From Bryobacteraceae bacterium (GTDB lineage: Bacteria > Acidobacteriota > Terriglobia > Bryobacterales > Bryobacteraceae), in the NCBI GenBank assembly GCA_033763835.1, contig JANRJS010000022.1, positions 37,108 to 101,107 of the forward strand: a stretch of DNA of 64,000 bases, in the 5' to 3' direction. The position numbers were made by a program, and so were the translations under genes. Of the stretch, positions 56,426 to 64,000 are shown one piece after another. Below the pieces are notes generated by a model. It worked only from the letters and a program-made list of their open reading frames with translations, had not been told where the DNA came from and did not search any database. The first letter of the stretch is position 1. Each line of letters starts with the position of its first letter.

Positions 56426-57616
56426 TTGGGTCCGTTCCGGGCGCTCCGCCACCGCAACTTCCGCGTGTTTTTCCTCGGCCAGCTCACCTCGCTGACCGGT
56501 ACGTGGATGCAGAACGTCGCGCAGAGCTGGCTAGTCTATCGGCTGACCCATTCGGAGTTGCTCCTCGGCACGGCGGGATTCCTGGCGCATTTGCCGACGC
56601 TCGCGCTCGGCACGGTCGGCGGAGTCGTGGCGGACCGCTACAACCGACGAAAAATCGTCCTCGTTGCGCAAACGCTGTTCCTGTTGCAATCCGCGACGCT
56701 AGCCGCCCTAACACTGACCGGGAAAGTCACCACAACCCACGTCCTTGCCCTCGCGTTATTTGGCGGGCTAGTGGACGCCTTCGACCGCCCCGCGCGGCAG
56801 GCCATGCTCGTGAATCTCGCCGCGAAAGACGACCTGCTGAGCGCCGTCTCGCTCAACTCGCTAATGTTCAACGCCGCACGTGTCGTTGGCCCGTCCATTG
56901 GCGGAATAACCGTGGCCGCTTTCGGCGAGGGCGTCTGCTTCGCAATCAACTCCGTCAGCTTCCTCGCCGTGCTCGCGAGTCTGCTCGCGTTGCGGCTGCC
57001 GATCGAGCCGCGCATGGAAACCCTCGCCCATCCGCTGCGTCACTTGATCGAAGGCTTCCGCTACGCGTGGCGGGCGCGCGACGCCGCGGCGCTGCTTGGC
57101 CTGAACGCGATCGTGAATCTGGCAGTTGCGCCGGTTTGGGTGCTGCTACCGGTGTTCTCCGATTCGATCTTTCATCGCGGAGCGGCGGGCGTGGGTCTGC
57201 TTACCGCGTCCATGGGCGCGGGCGCGGTAGTCGGGATGATCGGACTGGCCTCTCGCGGACACCAACGTGGATTGCTCGGCGTAATCTTTGCAAGCGGCTT
57301 GGCGCTTGCCTTCGCGCAGGCGACCTTCGCCGCTTCAACCCTCTTCGCGCTCTCGGCTGCGGCGATGGCGCTCATCGGGTTTGGCGTCATGCGCATGAAC
57401 GGTGCGATCAACACGGAATTGCAAACCCACGTGCCCGAAGAGATGCGCGGCCGCATGATGGGTCTGTTCGCGACGGCGAACGTAGGCGTGATTCCCATCG
57501 GTTCTCTGGGCGGAGGGGCGCTCGCCCAAGCGTTCGGTGCGCCGACGGTCGTCGCCGGCGGAGCTTTGATCTGCGCTCTCGCCGCGCTCGTGTTCCATCT
57601 GACGAGGCGTCCATGA
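56426..57616 (+). CDS. MFS transporter (EntS/MFS_3-like)
   Basis: FRVFFLGQLTSLTGTWMQNVAQSWLVYRLT N-terminus and ~12 TM segments. Confidence 0.85.
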   Translation: MGPFRALRHRNFRVFFLGQLTSLTGTWMQNVAQSWLVYRLTHSELLLGTAGFLAHLPTLALGTVGGVVADRYNRRKIVLVAQTLFLLQSATLAALTLTGKVTTTHVLALALFGGLVDAFDRPARQAMLVNLAAKDDLLSAVSLNSLMFNAARVVGPSIGGITVAAFGEGVCFAINSVSFLAVLASLLALRLPIEPRMETLAHPLRHLIEGFRYAWRARDAAALLGLNAIVNLAVAPVWVLLPVFSDSIFHRGAAGVGLLTASMGAGAVVGMIGLASRGHQRGLLGVIFASGLALAFAQATFAASTLFALSAAAMALIGFGVMRMNGAINTELQTHVPEEMRGRMMGLFATANVGVIPIGSLGGGALAQAFGAPTVVAGGALICALAALVFHLTRRP

Positions 57617-58737
57617 TCGCCACCATGCTGCTGATTGCCGCCGATCTTCCTTCGCAGGCGGTAATCGATAGGACGGCCTCCGATCTCGCGGCGATCACGG
57701 GCTTTCGCCTCAAGCGGCGCGTGCGCGTTTCCAAGTTGACGCGCGAGGATCTCGAGCGCGACCTCAATACTCGTGTAGCTAAGAAAATCGATCCCAAGGA
57801 AATCCGCGCCGACGAGTTGACTCTCCAATGGCTAGGGTTCGCCGCACCCGGATTCGATCTCAAGAAAACCAGCGTCGATCTGATTGCCGAACAAGCCGCC
57901 GCGTATTACGACTACAAGCGCAAGAAGCTGGTGCTACTTGAAAATCCAATCGGCGAGTTCGACGAGTCGCTCTTGGCCCACGAACTCGCGCATGCGCTGG
58001 CCGACCAGACATTTCGCATCGGACGCTACATGGATCGCGGCGAGGGCGACGACGCCGAACTGGCGCGGCAGGCCGTGGTCGAGGGTCAGGCGACATGGCT
58101 GATGACCGAGTTCGGTCTTCGGCGCGAAGGACGTAGTTTGAAAGATTCGCCCTTCGAATTGCCGCCGGGCCGTTCGACGGACGCAAAGGTTGCGGCGCGG
58201 TTTCCCGTTCTCGAAAAGTCGCCGCTCTACTTGCGGGTCAACTTGCTGTTCCCCTACTGGGAAGGCGCTCGATTTCAGCAAGCGGTGTTTGAGCGCCTGG
58301 GCGCGGTGGGTTTCAAAACCGTCTTCAAGACGCCGCCCGTTTCGTCGCGCCAGATCATGCATCCCGAAACGTACTTCGCGCGCGAGGTTCCTGAAGTAGC
58401 CGAACTGCCCGCCGCCGACACCAAGGGCTGGAACCTTTTGAATTCGGGATCGCTCGGCGAAATCGACCATCTGATTGCGTTCAAACAGAACAACGAAGAG
58501 GACGCGGAAAATCTCGCGGCCGCCTGGCGCGGCGGTAGCTATGAAGTTCGGGAGCGCGGAAGCGTCTGTTGCCTGGTTCGTTACGCGTCGATTTGGAAGG
58601 ACGAGCCGAGCGCGGCCAGCGCGCAAGCTGCCTGGGAACGCCACCTTAAGGCAAAGCCCGTTCGCGGAACTTTGACCGTCACTCGGGCGGGACGAACGAT
58701 CACCGCGGTGGAACGTCCCGAGACCGGGACCCGGTAG
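57613..58737 (+). CDS. putative zinc metalloprotease-like protein (HExxH)
   Basis: ATGA-coupled to the MFS gene. Contains HELAHAL and a downstream E (VVEGQATW). No family name recognised. The first 1437 nt of the 853-aa track ORF are out-of-frame overlap with the MFS gene. Confidence 0.55.
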   Translation: MIATMLLIAADLPSQAVIDRTASDLAAITGFRLKRRVRVSKLTREDLERDLNTRVAKKIDPKEIRADELTLQWLGFAAPGFDLKKTSVDLIAEQAAAYYDYKRKKLVLLENPIGEFDESLLAHELAHALADQTFRIGRYMDRGEGDDAELARQAVVEGQATWLMTEFGLRREGRSLKDSPFELPPGRSTDAKVAARFPVLEKSPLYLRVNLLFPYWEGARFQQAVFERLGAVGFKTVFKTPPVSSRQIMHPETYFAREVPEVAELPAADTKGWNLLNSGSLGEIDHLIAFKQNNEEDAENLAAAWRGGSYEVRERGSVCCLVRYASIWKDEPSAASAQAAWERHLKAKPVRGTLTVTRAGRTITAVERPETGTR

Positions 58738-58829
58738 GCGACTATGCAACAATCGAGCAGTGCGGTTTCCTTGGAAGCCGTACTGCAAGGGCACGCGCAA
58801 CGCGGGCCGAATTTTCAGGAGAAGGTGTA

Positions 58830-59033
58830 GTGAAAGAACGAGGCATTGTGAAGTGGTTCAACTCCGCCAAGGGCTACGGATTTATCCAGCGCTCGACCGG
58901 TGAGGACGTATTCGTGCACTTTTCGGCGATCCAGATGAGCGGCTACCGCACGCTCGAGGAGGGCGCCGAGGTGGAGTTCGAAGTGAAGAAAGGGCCGAAA
59001 GGCCTGCAAGCGGAGAGCGTCACGCGCCCGTAG
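58830..59033 (+). CDS. cspA: cold-shock protein (CspA family)
   Basis: [15 protein letters not shown] (RNP1) and VFVHFSAI (RNP2). 67 aa. AGGAGAAGG SD. Confidence 0.95.
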   Translation: MKERGIVKWFNSAKGYGFIQRSTGEDVFVHFSAIQMSGYRTLEEGAEVEFEVKKGPKGLQAESVTRP

Positions 59034-59062
59034 CGCTACCGCGATTTGCGACTGGAAGAAGG

Positions 59063-59094
59063 GGCCGTCCGCGTGCGACGGCCTTTTTCATTTT
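59063..59094 (+). terminator. Rho-independent terminator after csp
   Basis: GGCCGTC-cgcgtgc-GACGGCC followed by TTTTTCATTTT. Confidence 0.75.
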
Positions 59095-59104
59095 GGAGGA
59101 GAGT

Positions 59105-59824
59105 TTGAGGCTTCGAGGAAAGTCGGCCGCGATCACCGGCGCGGCGGGCGGCATCGGGCGCGCGATCGCCGAACGGTTCCGCTCCGAGGGCGCGCGCGTC
59201 GTAGGCTGCGACATCGAGCCCGGAACGGACTTTCTGGCCGACGTCTCCGATCCCGCGCAGGTGGAACGATTCTTCCGTGACGCGGGCACGGTCGACATTC
59301 TGGTAAACAACGCCGGGATCCAGATCGAGTGCGCGAGCCACGAAATCGATCTCGCCGAATTCGACCGCGTTCTGGCCGTCAATCTTCGCGGCGCCGCGCT
59401 GTGTTCGATCGCCGCCATCCGGCACTTTCTTTCCCGGCCGGGCGGCGGCGTGATCCTCAATAATTCGAGTTGCGCGCAAACCATCCCCAAGCCCGGATTT
59501 CTCTCGTACTCGATTTCGAAAGGCGCGCTCGACAACATGGCCAAGACGCTGGCGCTCGAATACGCCGACCGCGGTATTCGGGTGAACAACGTCGCTCCCG
59601 GAGCGGTGGCGACGCCCATGAATTCCGCCTGGAAAGACGATCCCGCCAAACGCGCGGCCGTCGAAAGTCACATCCCCATGGGACGAGCCGCGACGGCGGA
59701 GGAGATTGCGGCGGTGTTCGCATTTCTCGCCTCGGACGAAGCCGCTTACATCACCGGTCAGACGCTGTATGCTTGCGGTGGCGTCACCCTCTACGCCGAC
59801 TTTAAGGAGAACTGGGCTTCATGA
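59105..59824 (+). CDS. SDR-family oxidoreductase
   Basis: TGAAGGIG cofactor motif, NNAG, catalytic YxxxK (YSISKGAL). TTG 59105 follows GGAGGA. The track start at 59093 lies inside the csp terminator. Confidence 0.85.
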   Translation: MRLRGKSAAITGAAGGIGRAIAERFRSEGARVVGCDIEPGTDFLADVSDPAQVERFFRDAGTVDILVNNAGIQIECASHEIDLAEFDRVLAVNLRGAALCSIAAIRHFLSRPGGGVILNNSSCAQTIPKPGFLSYSISKGALDNMAKTLALEYADRGIRVNNVAPGAVATPMNSAWKDDPAKRAAVESHIPMGRAATAEEIAAVFAFLASDEAAYITGQTLYACGGVTLYADFKENWAS

Positions 59825-61578
59825 AATTCGCCGCGATATTGCTTTGCGCCGCCGCCTTCGCGCAAGTGAAGACAATTCCGCCGCCGGGGATTGCAATTCC
59901 CGACGCGGCACGCGCGGAGCTAACCGCGCTGCTGGCCGAGAAGCGCGCGCGATTTCATACCTCGCCCGACCTCCAGGTTCGTTGGAAGGCCGTCGATTGG
60001 GCGCTGCGCTACAACGAGTTCTTTAAGCTCGAGGAAATCGAAAAAGCGAAGCAACTGCTCGACGAGCGTTTTGGACAGCCGGGACTGATCGTGCATGGCT
60101 TCAAGAGCGAGATCGACGATAGCGTGCAGCCTTACGGATTAGTGGTGCCGCCCTCGTGGTCTCCCCACACGAAGGGCAAATGGCGCGTAGACATCTGGCT
60201 GCACGGGCGCGGCGAGACGATCACCGAGTTGAATTTCATCCACCAGCGGCTATCGGTACGCGGCGAGTTCGCTCCCGCCGACACCTTTGTTCTGCACCCG
60301 TTCGGGCGCTACTGCAACGCGTACAAGTTCGCCGGGGAAACCGACGTGTTCGAGGCGCTGGCTGACTTGCGGAAGCGCTACCGGATCGACCCCGATCGCA
60401 TTGCGATTCGCGGATTCTCGATGGGCGGAGCGGGCGCGTGGCACATCGCGGCGCATCATCCGGGCGAGTTCGCGGCGGCCAATCCCGGCGCGGGCTTTAT
60501 CGATACGGAGGAGTATTTGAAGGGCCGCCTCGGCGACGTGGACCCTTGGGTGCGCAAGCTCTGGACGATGAACAACGCGAAAGAGTACGCCCTGAACTTT
60601 TTCAACTTGCCGGTGGTCGCCTATTCCGGCGAGGAGGACGCGCAAAAAGCGGCGGCGGACATCATGGCTCGTGAGCTACTGTCACAAGCGGGCATCACAC
60701 TCACGCATGTTATCGGTCCGAAGACCGGCCATAAGTACGAGCCGGGCGCGAAACGCGAAGTGGAGCGCCGCTTTGACGCATTAATGGAGCGCGGACGCCA
60801 ACCCCAACCTCGGGTGCGATTCGCGACTTACACCACACGCCATTACCACTCGCATTGGGTGCTGGTGCACGAGTTGCTGGAGCACTGGAAGCGCGCCGAG
60901 GTGGACGCCGAGATCGCCGAAGGCGGCATTCGGGCGACGACCGCCAATGTGGGCCGGGTCGAATTCTACTTCGGTCCCGGCGACGCTCCATTCGTTTCCG
61001 GCAAGCGCGTTCCCGTTACTCTGAACGGCAAAACGTTCGACGCTCCGCCTCCGCGCAGCGACCGCAGTTGGAACTGGATTTCGCCGGGAAGCGAGGACGA
61101 TGTCCACAAGCGGCCCGGATTACAAGGCCCGATCGACGACGCGTTCTACTCGCGGTTTGTGATGGCGCGCCCGGCGGAGAGCGCTCCGGCGTGGGTGAAA
61201 TCCGAGTTCGAGCGCGCCGTGCGCGAGTGGCGCAAGATCTTTCGGGGCGAGCCGATCCTGATGGACGAATCGGAGGTGACGCCAGAGGTGATGCGCTCGG
61301 CGAATGTCGTGTTGTGGGGCACTCCGGCGACATCGAAGCTGATGGTGAAGTATCCGGCCCCGAAAGCGTGGCCCAACGAGGCGGACCGATTCCTTGCGGC
61401 GATCTTCCCAAACCCCGATGCGCCGCGGCGTTACCTTGTCTGGAACTCGTCAATCACATTCCGAGAGGAGCACTCGACCACCAATGCCCAACAGACGGCA
61501 AAGCTCCCCGATTGGGCGGTGCTCGAAGCCCCCTACAAAGTAGTGTCGGCGGGGTTCTTCAACGAGAGTTGGAAGTAG
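59821..61578 (+). CDS. secreted alpha/beta-hydrolase (prolyl-oligopeptidase/esterase-like)
   Basis: Signal peptide. Nucleophile elbow GFSMGG. 585 aa. Confidence 0.65.
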   Translation: MKFAAILLCAAAFAQVKTIPPPGIAIPDAARAELTALLAEKRARFHTSPDLQVRWKAVDWALRYNEFFKLEEIEKAKQLLDERFGQPGLIVHGFKSEIDDSVQPYGLVVPPSWSPHTKGKWRVDIWLHGRGETITELNFIHQRLSVRGEFAPADTFVLHPFGRYCNAYKFAGETDVFEALADLRKRYRIDPDRIAIRGFSMGGAGAWHIAAHHPGEFAAANPGAGFIDTEEYLKGRLGDVDPWVRKLWTMNNAKEYALNFFNLPVVAYSGEEDAQKAAADIMARELLSQAGITLTHVIGPKTGHKYEPGAKREVERRFDALMERGRQPQPRVRFATYTTRHYHSHWVLVHELLEHWKRAEVDAEIAEGGIRATTANVGRVEFYFGPGDAPFVSGKRVPVTLNGKTFDAPPPRSDRSWNWISPGSEDDVHKRPGLQGPIDDAFYSRFVMARPAESAPAWVKSEFERAVREWRKIFRGEPILMDESEVTPEVMRSANVVLWGTPATSKLMVKYPAPKAWPNEADRFLAAIFPNPDAPRRYLVWNSSITFREEHSTTNAQQTAKLPDWAVLEAPYKVVSAGFFNESWK

Positions 61579-61591
61579 CCCGGGCTGGGCG

Positions 61592-62950
61592 TTAGCTCAA
61601 TTCTCCCAAGTGCTCCAGCCGTCCGTTCGAATCGCCGATCCGCTCCGGCTTGACGCCTAAGCGGTCGAGCATCGTGAGGAACAGATTCGTCATCGGGGTC
61701 TCGGTCTTGTACTTCACGTGCCGCCCCGGACGGAACGATTGCCCGCCGCGACCCGCAAGTAGTACGGGCAGATCGTGGTGGGTATGCCGGTTCCCGTCCG
61801 CGATGCCCGACCCGTAGACGATCATCGACTGATCGAGCAACGAGCGGTCGCCTTCGCGAGTGGATTTCAGCTTGTCCACGAAGTAGGTGAACAACTCCAG
61901 GTGATAGGCGTTGATCTTCGCGACCTTCTCCATCATCGCCTCGTCGTTGCGGTGATGCGTTAGCGGGTGATGCGCGTCCGGGACGCCGATCTCGCGGTAA
62001 GTCCGCGTCGAACCTTCGCGCGCCATCATGAACGTCGCCACGCGCGTCAGGTCGGCCTGGAACGCCACCGTCATCAGGTCGAACATGATCTTGACGTGCT
62101 CGGCGTACTCCGCCGGAACGCCCGCCGGAGTTTCCAGATTTGGATCGAAGTCGAGCCGCGATTTCTCCGCGTTCTCGATCTGCTTCTCGATCGAGCGCAC
62201 GGCGTAAAGGTACTCGTCGAGTTTGCGGCGGTCGGCGGCGCCCAACTCGCCTTGCAGCTTCTTCGTGTCTTCGCCGACGAAATCGAGAATCGACCGGCGG
62301 TACTTTTCCTTACGGGCGCGAACGGCGGGCGAGTCGTTGAACGCCGTGCCGAACAGCCTCTCGAACACCGCGCGCGGGTTCACTTCCGGAGGCATTGGCG
62401 AGTTCTCGTTCCGCCACGAAATGTTGTTCGAGTAAGCGCAGGAGTAACCGGAGTCGCAATTGCCGACTTGACGGCCGTCTTCGCAGCCCAGTTCGATCGA
62501 CGGGAATTTGGTCAGATGCCCGATCTGTTGCGCCGCCACCTGGTCCGCCGAGATGCCCAGCTTGATGTCCGCGCCGAACGTCTTCTTCGGATGCACGCCC
62601 GTCAAGAACGACGCCGCCGCTCGCGCGTGATCGCCCGGACCGTCGCCCAGCGCCCGCCCATTGTTATGCGTCAGGCCGGTGATCAAAACCGCGTCGTCCT
62701 TGAAGCGCTCCATCGGCTTCAGAATGCGAGGTAGATCGGTTAGCGCTCCTTCGTTCGCGGGCGTCCAGTACCGCATGTCGATCCCGTTTGGCACGTAGAC
62801 GAACGCCATGCGCACCGCGTTCGACGGAATGCGGCTGGCGGCGAACGCCGGGGTCATCGCGTCGAGAAAAGGCAGTCCCACCGCGACGCCCGCGCCGCGC
62901 AAGAGCGCCCGGCGCGACAAAGCTTTCTTTGTCAATGTGGGGGTGATCAT
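61592..62950 (-). CDS. DUF1552 domain-containing protein (Tat leader)
   Basis: SRRALLRGAGVAVGLPFLDAM leader and DUF1552-type body. ATGA-coupled to the upstream DUF1592/1588 gene. Confidence 0.8.
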   Translation of the reverse strand: MITPTLTKKALSRRALLRGAGVAVGLPFLDAMTPAFAASRIPSNAVRMAFVYVPNGIDMRYWTPANEGALTDLPRILKPMERFKDDAVLITGLTHNNGRALGDGPGDHARAAASFLTGVHPKKTFGADIKLGISADQVAAQQIGHLTKFPSIELGCEDGRQVGNCDSGYSCAYSNNISWRNENSPMPPEVNPRAVFERLFGTAFNDSPAVRARKEKYRRSILDFVGEDTKKLQGELGAADRRKLDEYLYAVRSIEKQIENAEKSRLDFDPNLETPAGVPAEYAEHVKIMFDLMTVAFQADLTRVATFMMAREGSTRTYREIGVPDAHHPLTHHRNDEAMMEKVAKINAYHLELFTYFVDKLKSTREGDRSLLDQSMIVYGSGIADGNRHTHHDLPVLLAGRGGQSFRPGRHVKYKTETPMTNLFLTMLDRLGVKPERIGDSNGRLEHLGELS

Positions 62951-64000
62951 TTCGCCGCCATCTCCTTATTCTCGACTTCTCCGCGGCGCGCCTGAAACGG
63001 CAGGCTGCGCGCGATCTCCACGATCAATTGCCCAAACCGGTAACCGCCCACACTCGAACGCCGGGCGATGTCCTCAACAGTCCTCTTATCGTATCTCTCC
63101 AAACCGCGCCCCAACGCGAAGGTCAGCATTTTTTCCGTCACGCAGCGGGCGAACTCGGGTGTTTCGGCGCGCAGCACGGTTTTCATCTCTGCAGGCGTGA
63201 CGAACGACTTGCCGTTCGGAAACGTCCCGCTAGAATCGACCGGGAATTTGCCGTCCATCGTGCGCCAACGTCCGATGGCATCGTAGTTCTCGAGCCCGAA
63301 TCCCAGCACGTCCATCCGCGAGTGGCAAGACGCGCACACGGCATTGGTGCGGTGCTTCTCGAGCTGTTGCCGCAACGACCCGGTATTCCCGACCGCCGCT
63401 TCGTCGAGCGTCGGCACGTCGGGCGGAGGCGGCGGAGGCGGGGCGCCGAGCACGTTCTCGAGCAGGTACTTCCCGCGGATCACGGGCGAAGTGCGCGTCG
63501 GATAGCTCGACACCGTAAGCACGCTGGCCTGCGTCAAGATACCGCCGCGCTGGGGCGTCGTCAGCGGGACGCGCCGGAATTCCGGCCCCTCGACCCCCGC
63601 GATCCCGTAATGCTTCGCCAACCGCTCGTTCAGGAACGTAAACCGCGCGTCGAGGAAATCGGAGAGCGGACGATTCTCTTTCAGCATCGCCGCGAAAAAC
63701 ATCTGTGTCTCGGTCTTCATCGCCGCGCGCAAACCGGCGTCGAACTCAGGAAACTTCTGCGGATCGGGCTTGACGATGTCGAGATTGCGAAGCTCCAGCC
63801 ATTGCCCCGCGAAGTTATCGGCCAACGCAGCCGCTTTTGGATCCCGCAACATCCGCGCGATCTGCGCTTCGAGAACACCCGCCGCGCGCAGCCGCTTCTT
63901 TTCGGCGAGCGAGAGCAACTCCTCGTCCGGCATCGACGACCACAAGAAGTAACTGAGCCGCGAGGCGAGTTCAAGATCGGACACCGGAGCGGATTCGCCT
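62947..64000 (-). CDS. DUF1592/DUF1588/DUF1585 domain-containing protein (5' end outside window)
   Basis: Frame stays open to nt 64000. LASRLSYFLWSSMPDEEL (DUF1592-like), CASCHSRMDVLGFGLENYDAIGRWR (DUF1588-like), C-terminal DUF1585-like tail. Confidence 0.8.
   Translation of the reverse strand, partial: GESAPVSDLELASRLSYFLWSSMPDEELLSLAEKKRLRAAGVLEAQIARMLRDPKAAALADNFAGQWLELRNLDIVKPDPQKFPEFDAGLRAAMKTETQMFFAAMLKENRPLSDFLDARFTFLNERLAKHYGIAGVEGPEFRRVPLTTPQRGGILTQASVLTVSSYPTRTSPVIRGKYLLENVLGAPPPPPPPDVPTLDEAAVGNTGSLRQQLEKHRTNAVCASCHSRMDVLGFGLENYDAIGRWRTMDGKFPVDSSGTFPNGKSFVTPAEMKTVLRAETPEFARCVTEKMLTFALGRGLERYDKRTVEDIARRSSVGGYRFGQLIVEIARSLPFQARRGEVENKEMAAK

Noticed and set aside
56176-57612. N-terminal 479 codons of the 853-aa track ORF
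   Set aside because: They run out of frame through the UPF0175 gene (antisense) and the MFS transporter gene, with Arg-rich junk sequence. The real gene starts at ATG 57613.

Overview
This is a high-GC chromosomal segment. Hand-counted 60-nt lines in flanking genes give 65-73 % GC. The gene content points to an Acidobacteriota-like genome (Solibacter/Bryobacter-like), which is an inference only. Supporting content includes three CarboxypepD_reg-type TonB-dependent receptors ending in ...F, a DUF1549/1553+DUF1501 pair, a DUF1592/1588+DUF1552 pair, two Uma2 nucleases, and two ToxR-like membrane wHTH regulators.

Most of the window is ordinary housekeeping or metabolic DNA:
- MacB-type ABC permeases, lipA-lnt, ychF
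- DUF1385-prfA-prmC-dinB
- rbsK, lhgO, hemB, split transketolase
- gudD-kdgD, cspA-like gene, one tRNA-Leu(UAG)
- several two-component systems

The clear anomaly is a ~1.3 kb low-GC islet at 6273-7573, where three hand-counted lines give 40-47 % GC. It lies between ychF and a MoxR ATPase operon and contains three things:
- an orphan 94-aa gene with a perfect Shine-Dalgarno sequence
- a dUTPase-fold dCTP deaminase with intact catalytic motifs, translationally overlapped with the orphan gene
- 437 bp of non-coding DNA carrying a perfect 27-bp inverted repeat with a 32-nt spacer

I flag this islet as the best candidate for an undescribed nucleotide-depletion or toxin-antitoxin-like module. A horizontally acquired housekeeping dcd is the null hypothesis.

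Secondary observations:
- paralogous ToxR-like regulators, each next to tandem G(C/T)(A/T)ACAT repeats upstream of a transport operon
- a MoxR gene with no DUF58/vWA partner
- a decayed UPF0175/DUF3368(PIN) toxin-antitoxin pair
- a sensor-less histidine kinase
- a heptad-repeat lipoprotein

No CRISPR array, rRNA, integrase or transposase was seen. Many long antisense 'shadow' ORFs in the track are rejected as high-GC artefacts.
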